This document shows positions 27,235-38,068 of a stretch of 64,000 bases of DNA, piece by piece (the first letter of the stretch is position 1; each line of letters begins with the position of its first letter). The notes under the pieces are model-generated. The model saw nothing but the letters and a program-made list of their open reading frames with translations. It made no database searches and had not been told where the DNA came from. This stretch comes from Daphnia carinata. Taxonomy: Eukaryota. The position numbers and the translations under genes were made by a program. Where the stretch lies: assembly GCF_022539665.2 (NCBI RefSeq), contig NC_081331.1:13888001-13952000 (forward strand), read 5' to 3'.

Positions 27235-27918
27235 TCAATAGCGATCATCGTTAAGAGTAACTTGTTGATTCTTCCTGAGTGCATTTTTCCATCTTCGTCT
27301 GTACTGATTCCTCAGGTTATGCATCGTTTGGAGAAAATTGTTGAACCTCTTGTAGGGCGTGTTGGTCTGCAGGTAAAACACCCTCTCGTCGATCTCGTCA
27401 TCGCTCATGCCGTCAAACTCTTCGCTGTCAGTCCGAAATCCCATATCGTTGGATTCAGTTTCTGGTTTGAAGTCGGACAGATCGAAATCAAAGGCATTTG
27501 GCAAATAAGGAATGACGTGATGAACGTAGTAGACTTGAGCCGGCTGCCTCTGATAATTTTGCATGGGGTTGTTGAATTGCGATTGATAATTCGCCATGGG
27601 GTAGTTGAATTGCGATTGATAATTTGCCGTGGGGTAGTTGTGTTGCGGTTGATAATTCGCCATGGGGTAGTTGGGTTGACGTTGATAATTTCCCATTGGG
27701 TAGTTAGATACTGGCTGTTGTCCATAATTCGCCTGTTGGTAGCTGTATGGATTGGGACCGTAAGGCATAGGATGATGCCAAGCATCCACAACGGATGCAA
27801 TAGTCAAAGCGAGGAGGACAATCTATGAGAGAATGAATCAGATTCAATAGTGAATTGCCATCATAGTAAAATAATAATACAAGGAAAATCGAGATGCTGT
27901 AAGACTTACGAATTTCAT
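27235..27918 (-). CDS. Secreted Asn/Tyr/Gln-repeat protein with an acidic then basic C-terminus, array member 3 (198 aa); exons 27918-27910, 27822-27235
   Basis: ATG AAA TTC|gtaagt, acceptor ctcatag, signal MKFIVLLALTIASVVDA, TATAAAA at 27981-27975, AATAAA at 27107-27102. Confidence 0.87.
27551..27705 (-). repeat. 33-nt coding tandem repeat (NYPMANYQxQx, about 5 copies)
   Basis: tgataat recurs at 27551, 27584, 27617, 27650 and 27683. Confidence 0.9.
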
Positions 27919-30199
27919 GGTGATAGCCGACTGTACGTTCAACACTGATGTTCATCGGAGCAAAGACGTGGAGCTTTTATAGTGACGGACGCCTCTCGTT
28001 CTTCGTCTTCCATCTTTGTAGAGTTTTCCACCAAAAAAAAAGTTGGTAATGGAATTTGGAAACGAGTTCCGACTATGAGCTATAACAGCACTTACTACAG
28101 TTCAATCTTACATAATGTGGTGGATGAAAATGACAACTTCCTTTAGAGCGTGGTCTTCCGCGCACCAATTAGGATGACCTGTTCTACTGGTTTCATTCAC
28201 GGGAATATGACAGATAATTGGGAAAAACATTTTATCGACAAACTACGCTTGCTTATCGAGCGTAATGCTTGTTTTTCGTTACTAACTGATGGAACTGTCG
28301 TTTCAATGGAAAAACTCGAAAATTCCCTCAATCGGTTCATTTTTTTTTTTCGTTTCAAAAGGTCATCAGTTCTTGGATTGAATGCGTTCATTAGGCTATG
28401 CAATTAGTGTCTGAATGTCTAGTGAATCAGGCTCGACAACTAGTACGTCGTTATAATTGTAAATACAGGATTGTTTATAGAAACTACTGTCTTACGTTTG
28501 TTTCATTTGGAAAACGCTGCATAATTGAAAGGGGCTTTAATCCAAGAAATAATTGATTTAACAATCGCCGTAAAGGATAAGCGTGCAACAACAAGAGCAT
28601 CGCTCTTGGTCGGCAAAATCCGTTTGTGTTCAGCTAAACCGTTGATCAAAAATTCCTTTTCTATCGTACGAGAAAAATGGCAAGTAACCCTTTGTACGTA
28701 GCATTTCTTTCCTTTACTATATTAATATCAGCGAAAGGGTAGATTAGTTGACTAAGTAAGGGAAACGATAAAATAAGGGAGTGGCTGTCAATGGCGTTTG
28801 TGAAAGAACTCGACCGCTGAGTATTAAAGTGCGTATATCAGACCGGTATCCATGACAACCAATGGTGGTAAAAAATGCAGTGTGGCTATCTGGATCGAAA
28901 CGTCACGACATTAACATCTAAAACTGAAAAACAAGAATGAACATAAGGGTGGCTCCAGCCGCTCGTTAATGTAAAGTAGAAATATATGGAATAGATTACT
29001 ATAATTTCGTAGCAACTTTGGGCTTAATAAATTGTTATTTGATTCAAATTTGTCTTGTGATGGCTGTGTAGGCTACGCAAAGCCTTTTGCCATTGATCTG
29101 TCTATCAAGGCAAGTCACCTTGAACTTGTCTTTTCATCATCTCTAATCAGCTATCCGGTACGAGTTGGATATTTTCAGATGCCAGCAGTGTCTTGTTCAA
29201 AACAAGTTCTTCCTGATCTTCGTAGTCAGTTCGATCACCCTGTCCCTGCTGGTTGCGTTCCCTGTAACAACAAAAAAAAAAAACACAGTCAACAACCTCT
29301 CCTACGCTTCACTCTAAATCTCCACGCATTTGGATGCGACTTGTGATTGATTACAAGCTTTCTAAAGAAATATCCATTTCAGAATTAGTCATTGTTAGTG
29401 ATTTGCATGTAACCGACGTACGGTTCTTCTAAATTTGCAGTCGCTTTAACGGTTCTTGTTGCCAAATAAAAACAGTGCAGCTAACGACTGTTATATGTGC
29501 TGATAAACTTCTTAGCTTCTGTTTTACATGGGGATATCTTATTGAGTTCATTGCTGATTATTCGCAAATTCCAACTATGAATGGGTATGTTGTCGTCAAG
29601 AGCCATGGCACGTTCCGTTACACACACGTATTTAATGAACAAGAGACGTAGGACTTGAATAACGAAGCTTTGAAACACATACCTATAGACGACAACGTTT
29701 TCACTTTGATTTTATGACATTTGCTACAAGTTTTGCTACAAAGAATTTGTTGGGCGAACACTCCGAGAGAAGAACCAGGAAAATTATTACGAATACGTTA
29801 GTTTCCGGAATTGCGGTTAAACGGATTAACTTGATGCCTGAAATGTGTTTACGCCATGGAGCTTTTGCACTGACTACCATTCGCTCCAGCATCTTCAAAC
29901 GTATACCTTTGCTTCGTTGTTACACAGTTATTATCACCTCTCTACCATTGTCTTCCGATAACAACTTCCCGTACTTGTTTTTTTAACTTGGTACAGGTAA
30001 CCTGTTCTTCTGGTTAATTGTGATTTCAATTTATGGGGTAACGCAATATTTCAAGTGGCACGAAAAACTTGTTATCTTGTTTATTTCGAATTTGCATGAA
30101 TAATACGTATAAGCTAAGAAGAACAACCCCCAACAAAAGGATTGAACGTGTTTCCTTTCCTGCCCTACGGGCGTATAACAGTTAAGATAAATAGAAATT

Positions 30200-31031
30200 T
30201 TAACGAATGGCGTTGATAACAACAGTGTCTCGATCGCCAAATATCGGTCTAACACCTGAAGTAGAAGAATGAGGACGATTAGGTCTGCTCGTCAAAGGCC
30301 TGTTGAACAGTCTGTGGAAGAGCCTCAGCAGAGGATATTGGAAGATGGCGCTGGGTGCTGAGTCCGAAACTGTCACTCCATTGATTGTGTTTATCGCGGA
30401 AGCACTAACTCCATTGGATGACGATGACGTACCGATTGCAGAAGCTGCAATTCCATTAGGTCTGTTTGCTCCAGAAGCGGCAATTCCATGAGGCCTGCTT
30501 GCTCCAGAAGCGGCAATTCCATGAGGCCTGCTTGCTCCAGAAGCGGCGATTCCATTAGGCCTGTTTGCTCCAGAAGCGGCGATTCTATTAGGCCTCTTTG
30601 TTCCAGAAGCCGATGCAGATATAACCGGAAATTCGGATGCCCCAGCGGTGGCATGCGCCGTATTCACCGGGTTCGAATGAAACCATTTACTTTCATTTGG
30701 CTCGGCAGTGCGGAAGACTTCGTCATCGTCAAACAACTCCGGCTGCGTGTAGGAAGGATTTTCATAGTAGTCCAACAATCCATTTGGGTTAGCAAAATAG
30801 ATTGGCTGGAAAGCTGGGCCAGGGTAGTGCATCAATGGAACTGGTTGATGCAGCTGAGTGTTGAAGGCATAGGCGAAATTAGCACCTTGACGATAAGATT
30901 GAACGAATCCAGCATCTACGGCAGTCATACATACTAGCGTGAATGCTAATACCTGCCAAACACAACTTGTGATGCTACGCAGAAATAGAATTTGTCATAT
31001 TTGAATGTTGTAATCGACTTACCAATCTCAT
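30200..31031 (-). CDS. Secreted Ala/Ser/Gly-repeat putative cuticular protein, array member 4 (253 aa); exons 31031-31023, 30952-30200
   Basis: ATG AGA TTG|gtaagt, acceptor tttggcag, signal MRLVLAFTLVCMTAVDA, motif RQGANFAYAFN, AATAAA at 30085-30080. Confidence 0.85.
30440..30610 (-). repeat. 33-nt coding tandem repeat (IAASGA[NS]RP[NH]G x5)
   Basis: agaagc recurs at 30440, 30473, 30506, 30539, 30572 and 30605. Confidence 0.9.
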
Positions 31032-31608
31032 GGCGATCGTTAAATAGTTTATCGTAATAAAATGTGAAGAATGTTGATCTCCGGTAAATTGCTTTGACAC
31101 TGATGGGAGACTGGGACTCGTCTGTGGATGTTGGTCTTGTTATATTCGACAAAATAAAAAAAAAAAAAAGACGATTTGCTTCTAGATGCAACAGGTTCTT
31201 TCGCTGGTGCTTACACTTCTTCTTTATCCTTGAGGGCTTGTCATGCTTTGCCCCAAGTTTCATCGGATGTTTTGAATAGTTAAATGGAATTCAGCCAATA
31301 ACCTTTTGCCCGTGCTTTGGGCGTTTTAGACCAAACAGGAATTGTCTTTCTTGTTTGTTTTTCCTATTTTGGATGCAACCATTTGTTATTGCCACATCAT
31401 AGCACATCATCATAGCACTAGCAGGGTAAAGGATAAGTCTCGTACGTGTTGTGTATTATGAGGCACGGAGTAACTTATTTAAAAATTCAAACATTCGGTT
31501 AAAATTGCCATTGCCAAGTTATGTTGTTTGCCTCAACATCCTCAATTGCACAGGCATTATCTAGCCAAGCTTGTGCTGTACATTTGTTTTGAAATTACAG
31601 AAAGAATG

Positions 31609-32070
31609 TTAATCACACAATCTCGGCTGCAGTTCACAGAGTTGAGCTTGGGATCGATTGCGTAACGTCAACACTGCGTCAAGCATTGGCCTCTTTAGGG
31701 GAGGAAGCGATGCATTAGGAAGGACGTGTCGAAAAAAATGCAACCATCTAGTTGTTTGGCTATTAACGACGTCGTAAGCAAAGTTGTTGCCCAATGGAAC
31801 GGACTGCGGTGCGGGTAGAAGTTGCACACGCACGATAGTCAAGACCAACATCGTTGTTATAATCTGCACAATAACAGCGAAAAAAAAAAAAAACAAAGAG
31901 CAAAAAAAATCAATCTCGGCAAACGAGTTTGACACAATCCGAGCAAAAACGATTGCATTATTGTCCCTATTAGCTATTCGAGGTAATTGGGAATTTCTAA
32001 AAGCTATTTAATGTTATTCCTGGTAGACACGTAACTGTGTTTGACATGATGCACTACTTACAAGCTTCAT
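31609..32070 (-). CDS. Short secreted protein, array member 5 (87 aa; possibly decaying); exons 32070-32062, 31863-31609
   Basis: ATG AAG CTT|gtaagt, acceptor ttattgtgcag, hydrophobic N-terminus MKLIITTMLVLTIVRV, motif LGNNFAYDVVN, TATAAA at 32148-32143. Confidence 0.7.
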
Positions 32071-32487
32071 GGAACTGGCTACAGTTTTTTTGTTGGTGAA
32101 CTAAACTTAGTGTCTGATTCTCCCTTTTGCGTTACCTGGCGCTTTATATTGCGAAGAGAGGTAACACCGTGAATAGCGGATTTTCGTGCATCGTACAGGT
32201 TTTTTTTGTGCACTGAACTGACACCGCACGAATCTGCTCATCAACTGCAGTCCGTTGGCAAGTACATATTTAGCACGAAAAAAAAATACAACAACATGAT
32301 ATGATCTTGTTTTTGCTGGTTTTATCCGGTAAAAATCCATTGTACCGTTTCACATGCTTTTTTGGTCAGAGGGACTGTAGCAAAATCAATAAGGGTCATT
32401 CGATTTCTTACGATTTTTACGAGACGTGTATTATTTATGAAAATAGATGAATACAGTTAGACATATCGGAAAATGATAGGCGACGAT

Positions 32488-32950
32488 TTATAACAGTGGT
32501 TTCTGAAGCCAAACTTCCCCGAACGGATGGACGCTGTGGTAATCGTAACAAGAACCACCTTGCATGCAAATCGTCGGGGACACGGTGCTGTTATTGCCAT
32601 CCCTTACAAATGCAAGGGGTCTTTGTGTCATCCGATGGAATGGAGGGTAATAAGGGTAATGCAAATTGGTATAAGGAAACAGATGAGCCATTAGCTGATT
32701 GTTGATGGCGTACATGGCGTGAGCCGTTTGTTGGTTAATAATTTCATGGAGCACTGTCGAACTGACGGACTCGGGATTGACCGACTGCCTCACGACACCG
32801 CCATCTACTAGCGTGAAGACCAACAAAATCACGCAAACGACCAACTTTTTTGCGATGAACGAAGGCGTTTGTCATAAACCGGCAAGCAAATTACCTTTAA
32901 AAAATTGATTTACATCTTCAGTGAACTCTAAAAGTACTTACGAATCTCAT
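32488..32950 (-). CDS. Small secreted Tyr/Pro/His-containing protein, array member 6 (121 aa); exons 32950-32942, 32844-32488
   Basis: ATG AGA TTC|gtaagt; weak purine-rich acceptor (gcaaaaaag) that is in frame; signal MRFLVVCVILLVFTLVDG; TATAAAA at 33031-33025. Confidence 0.78.
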
Positions 32951-33841
32951 AGCTGTGGCGGGATGATGGTGTTGTTATCCCCCAGCTTGGAGACAAATGT
33001 CTCGACTCTTGTGGCACAGGTAGCTTTTATACGATCACCTGACTCGTCTTGATCAGACTCCCGATCTTATATATTCTACTTCGGATTCAGCTCATTCGTA
33101 TTCAGGAATGTTCTTCGTAGCTCCTGCTACGAACGTCTTATCAAGAGGGTGTGGTTCGTCTTCTTTTATATTAAACCCATCTTCCCTAATCGTCCTTTCT
33201 TTTTTTTTTTTTTTTTACTTTAAGATATTTAACCATTATGTTTTAAAAGATTTTATTGCTGCAATAAAACACATTGTACTCAACGACGGTTTTCAGAACG
33301 AACTTGTTCTTCGACATGCATCGATATTGTTAATTGAATTGATGAATTACAGGTTCATCTTTCGATTGATTGTTCAGGTATTCAAATGAACTATGTAACA
33401 ATCTGATTGACTTTTTTATTGCTTTTCAAGGACACACCTTATTCCTTTTGTTTTGTTTATTTAATTCCTATCGATTTGCGCTGCGCAATCCCAACTAGTT
33501 TTTGTTCAACCCGAAATTGATTGCTATCCTATCTTGATGGCACTCGTCTGTCTTTAAGATGCCCATAAAAGTTCTTCTTTTTATGACTTTTCATCAAAAT
33601 AATGAATTTGTTGCATCACATTACGTCGTTTCTGCGAATTTACTGTTGCCCATATAAATAACGGTATCCAAGCTATCGTTGATACTGATTAAATCATAAC
33701 TCAAATGCGCAACAAAGCACTTTATTAAATGATAGCATAACTAAAACATCAATTATAACAGGGAAATAAACTAAATAAATTGCACATACGGTTGTTTTTC
33801 ATTCATGGTCGATCGTCGGTAATAATCAAAGAAATTCGGGA

Positions 33842-34335
33842 TTAAGCAACGTAGGTAACAGCAGGAGCCTTGGCCTTTTCGGCTGATTTCTCTCCAGTAG
33901 TTTCTGCAGCTTTGACAACAGTCACAACGGGTTTGATTTCCGTAACAGATTTTGCGTTCAAGGGTAACACACCGAAAGGATAGCCCACAGATCCGAAAGC
34001 GTTAGGGTATCCCCCGTAAACGTAGGTGATTGGGTAAAGCTGAGGCGTGACAATAGCTGGGGTTTCGAACTTCTTCGCGTCTACGGCTGTGTCCTTGTTA
34101 TCCTTCTGGATTGGGCTTAGCAGCGAAGGGGCGAAAGGAAGAACGTAAGGTACGTTGTTGATGCTGTAAGCAAAATCGCCGGCCTGGCGATCATAAACAA
34201 CGCCAGCATCTACGACAGCCAGGGCGAGAACTACAAGGGCGATCTGTTTTGCCACAATTGAGGGTAATACATTGAACAATTTCAAATTGAAACGAGATGT
34301 TGAGAAATGAATTGAAACTAACTTACGTATTGCAT
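33842..34335 (-). CDS. Secreted putative cuticular protein, array member 7 (136 aa); exons 34335-34327, 34243-33842
   Basis: ATG CAA TAC|gtaagt, acceptor caaaacag, signal MQYIALVVLALAVVDA, motif RQAGDFAYSINN, TATAAAA at 34407-34401, AATAAA at 33726-33721. Confidence 0.88.
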
Positions 34336-37300
34336 GATGATGAAGTGATCGCTGCAAATCCTGGAAGAATCTGATGGCGATTGTCGTGAATTGGCCAAGC
34401 TTTTATACGGAACTGTCCATTAAAAACACAAATAAAAGCAAGGTTCTACTTTGTTTTCGCCACCTGACTACCAAGAGGAAACTCTTACTTGATTGTGTGT
34501 ACTTGATGTTAGTAACACGTTAGGATGGGTGGAGTTGTTTCGTTCTTCTTTTTTTTACCATCAAAAAGAAGATCAACTTGTTCTGAAGGTTCTGGTAATG
34601 ACATTGGCACACGATTTTTTCGCCAACCGTTGCTAAGGTGATTTTAAATCGATTGCCGTTTGCAAAATATAAAGCGTCAAACAGACCGGGATCACGAATC
34701 AAAAAGGCTAATCTGAATGTACGAGAGTGCAGTCGATAACCTTTAATGCCTTTTGCGGCACCGGAACTGCTGGCATAGATTAATTCAGATAGCCATCGGT
34801 TTTTCATTGCCAAGGTCAGAGTATTGCGGATGAGACTGCAACTTTTGTTCATTTCTTCAAGCCATTATTTTTTTTTTCTATTTCTCTTTGCGTTTTGTTT
34901 TCATATTGTCCGAAAAGAAAAGATCTTTCTTCTTTTTCGGACGTGTGCATATCTTTGGGCGTTGGCCATCATCAAGCCCCTGAGGGTTCTGCAAGTACTA
35001 TTCACCTTCACCTGTCCCGCATCTGCTTTTATCTCTTTCCTTTTCAAACTGGCTTTTCAGATCTCCGAAAACGGTTCGCTCGTCCAAACAAAGATGGAAG
35101 CGATGCAATTCGGTTTCATTTCATCCTTCGGACTGGACGTGACAATAGACTTGATGTGGTACTTTGTTTCGACCTCTAGCCCTAAAGCCACTGTTCAACA
35201 CTGCCTTTAAACAGTTTTCGTGGGAGAAAGAGATTTCAATTTCCAGTTCGTGTGTTTGAATTCGAAACAAAGAGCATTAGAACAATTGCTGTCGCAAAAG
35301 GAATGACCGATGTTTGTTATTCCGCCTTTTGGCTAAGATACGCTGATAAACAGATCGTTTCTTTGAATGTCAATAACGAAGCGCAGTCAATAAACAAAAA
35401 TTGGCCCGAAGCGTACAGGTGAAAAGTACACCTGAACGAAGGGGGATGAATGTTCAAGGTTAATTTCGATGCCCAAACTCCCATTTTTCTTTTTGGTAGT
35501 CGTAGGATTAAGGCCGTTACGCAAGTCGGGGGATGGACGTCAAAGCGAAAGGAATTTGATGAAAGAAAAACGAAAAAAAAGAAACGGGAACGTCTGCAAA
35601 TGCAATAGAGCCAAAAAATGAGAAAAGGGAGGCAAAAAAAAAAAAAAAAACAATTAGCAAACAAAAAAGCGCCGCTTCTACCATCAACATTTCATCCTGC
35701 AGCTGAAATATTGCAACACTTTAAGTCATTCGTTCAATCCAGGCTGTATAGTTGTTCTTTTAAATCATTCAATGGAACGAGACGAAACCGCCTGTCTGGC
35801 TTTAAGCATTTGCATATTGGGAGAACTTTGTTACACTTATCCTGCCGTATACGGGTGCAGCATCCGTGAGTATCGCAACGTTTGAATTCTGTAACGCATC
35901 CATCAGTTTCTTCAGAAAATACACACCCAGAATAATACGACCCTCTATTGAGGTTTTCCCCGTTTTACAAGTTGGCAAAACTCAGCAAGCGCAGCGTGCG
36001 GTCTACTTTGTCTCGAACATCAGTTACCAAAATAATCCATCAGCAAAACGCAATCCCCTGTGAAACAAGAAGTCAAAAATCAAAATTCTTCTGTAATCGT
36101 GGACAACTGTCCGTGACAGTAAAACGCAGTTACATTTAAACTTGTAACTGATGCACGTTAATGAAGAAGTACAATGAATCCCAATAGTTTTTGACGAATA
36201 ATTGCAAGCGATTTGGCTGGACTTTTGCTTACAAGGTCATTGACATTGCAACATGGCAGTCTATGCCATTTTTCCTACACCGTGATCTTCGATCCAGCCC
36301 CTCTATTTCAGCTGCGTGTATCCCGGAGCGTGTAATTATTATATGCTCAATCATGATTCTATTTGTTCAGATGTCCATGTTATAGTTGAGTGAGTTAACT
36401 TGGCTGTATGTACGAATGCTAACCTTAGTGCAACGAAGGCAACTGGAATGCGCATAAATATATAATTTATTGTTTCACGATTGCTGACGCTGACTGAAAA
36501 GGTAAAAATCAAGATATACTTTGCTAATGGACAAACGTCAGCGTATATACTGTAATTAGTTGTCGATGAATAGCAGTGCCCAAATGTAGAAGACGAAATG
36601 TTGTCACGGATCCTGTTTCAACTCCCGCAGCAAAGGTCACTGGCTGAATCCCGTTTCGTTATTTCAACATGCTTGTTTTGGATGACACTTGGTTGGGATA
36701 AATTCATAGAAAACCCACTAAGGTGTAGGGGAGGTGAGTGAACATCACAAGCATCAGTCTAACAGCCAACAGTTTTCTTTAAACCCGATGAAACATGTAT
36801 ATTAACCAAAAGCCGAACTGATTTTTGTGGCTAACTCGCCATCAAAAACACTTGCCTTGCCTAATCATGTGTTAAACCACGATGGTATTAAGAAATACAG
36901 GCGTTAGTAAATAATAAGGGAAGTCAAACTATTCCTGTAAAAACGTGAAATGAACCCAAGGCGTCTTGTGCCGATGACCGGGAGTGATCGCGTCAACGGG
37001 AGGAAACGCATAAAATTGGTTTGAACTTACCAATGAACTCAATCGTGGCCGTTAGTTTTGTTCTTATATGTGCGTCTTCACGGCCTTGAAAAAAAATAAA
37101 ATAAAATCAAAGGCGGGCAGGTGAGATTGTAGATCTAATTACGCAGCCGGAGAGAGAGGGTAAGTTTAAGATTATAAACGTCCGTTTCTTTCTTATTTAT
37201 TGATTACCTTTCTTTTCTTTTCAATTTTGCCTTTTTCGCAGGGTTTAATAGTTTTTTTTTAACTCTTTTAAATTATCTATTAAACGACGCATAATGAGCG

Positions 37301-38068
37301 CTCTCTGCATAAAAAGTCGGAACGAGAAAAATAGAAATTTACAGTTGGTGTAATAACCGGGGCACCGTCATCAACTGCACCTTGTTGTGTTCTTAAAAGA
37401 GCGTCGGTTTCTCACGCCACAATGGACGATCTTGAACGCAGATAGCTTGTTGGTTCGAACTCGTAATCGTCATAATCGAAACCTGCCTTTTTATTTTATT
37501 TGGTCATGATATTCTGCCCATGTTTGATCATGAAATCCGCTGTTTGCTAGCGCAACGGGTTATTCCACACCGTTTTAAGTTTACATTGTCCAATCACAGG
37601 CGGCGGTCAATGTCCTTCTTTTAAAACAACCACATATTTATCACACAACTTAGGTAAATTTTTTTTTCGCAGTTGTGATCTGTTTTCTCGTTGTTATTAA
37701 ACACCTGCAAAATCGTCTATAAGCAAAAAGGAAATGAAAAACAAAATCATAAAAAAAAAAAAAAACAATTTTGAAAAGGAAAACCCTGGCGGCTAAAGAG
37801 GTAGTAAGGCGGTCTTTTGTTGGATGAACGCTCAGGTGAGTGAGAGAGAGAGAGAGAGAGAGAAAGAGGAGAAAAAGGGAGGAAAGAAAGGCAGGCGAAA
37901 CTGGAAGAAAAAGTAAAAAGCCCTTGAACTTGAAGTAGAAGACCGTCAGTCGAGAAGAGTCTTCTACCCGGAGCTGTGCTTACAAGCCGCGTCGAGAGCA
38001 TTTAACAAGGCTGCAACACCCACTCGAGTTGCTCATCATAACCTCTCGAGTGCGACAAGGAAGTCAAC

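Noticed and set aside
27551..30610. 33-nt periodic repeats as a possible CRISPR array
   Set aside because: No unique spacers; the repeats are in-frame coding repeats in eukaryotic genes.
32545..32570. C-X5-C in array member 6 as a CPCFC family signature
   Set aside because: Single occurrence, lacking the surrounding YPAGV...CPNYPYC consensus.
33842..34357. Unspliced 171-aa ORF start for member 7 (similarly 57502 for gene B and 42047 for the 41-42 kb gene)
   Set aside because: These starts read through intron or UTR sequence; the spliced models give proper signal peptides.
34520..36385. Possible gene or transposon remnant between the array and the 38-kb gene
   Set aside because: Trial translations gave short or interrupted frames with no recognisable domain.
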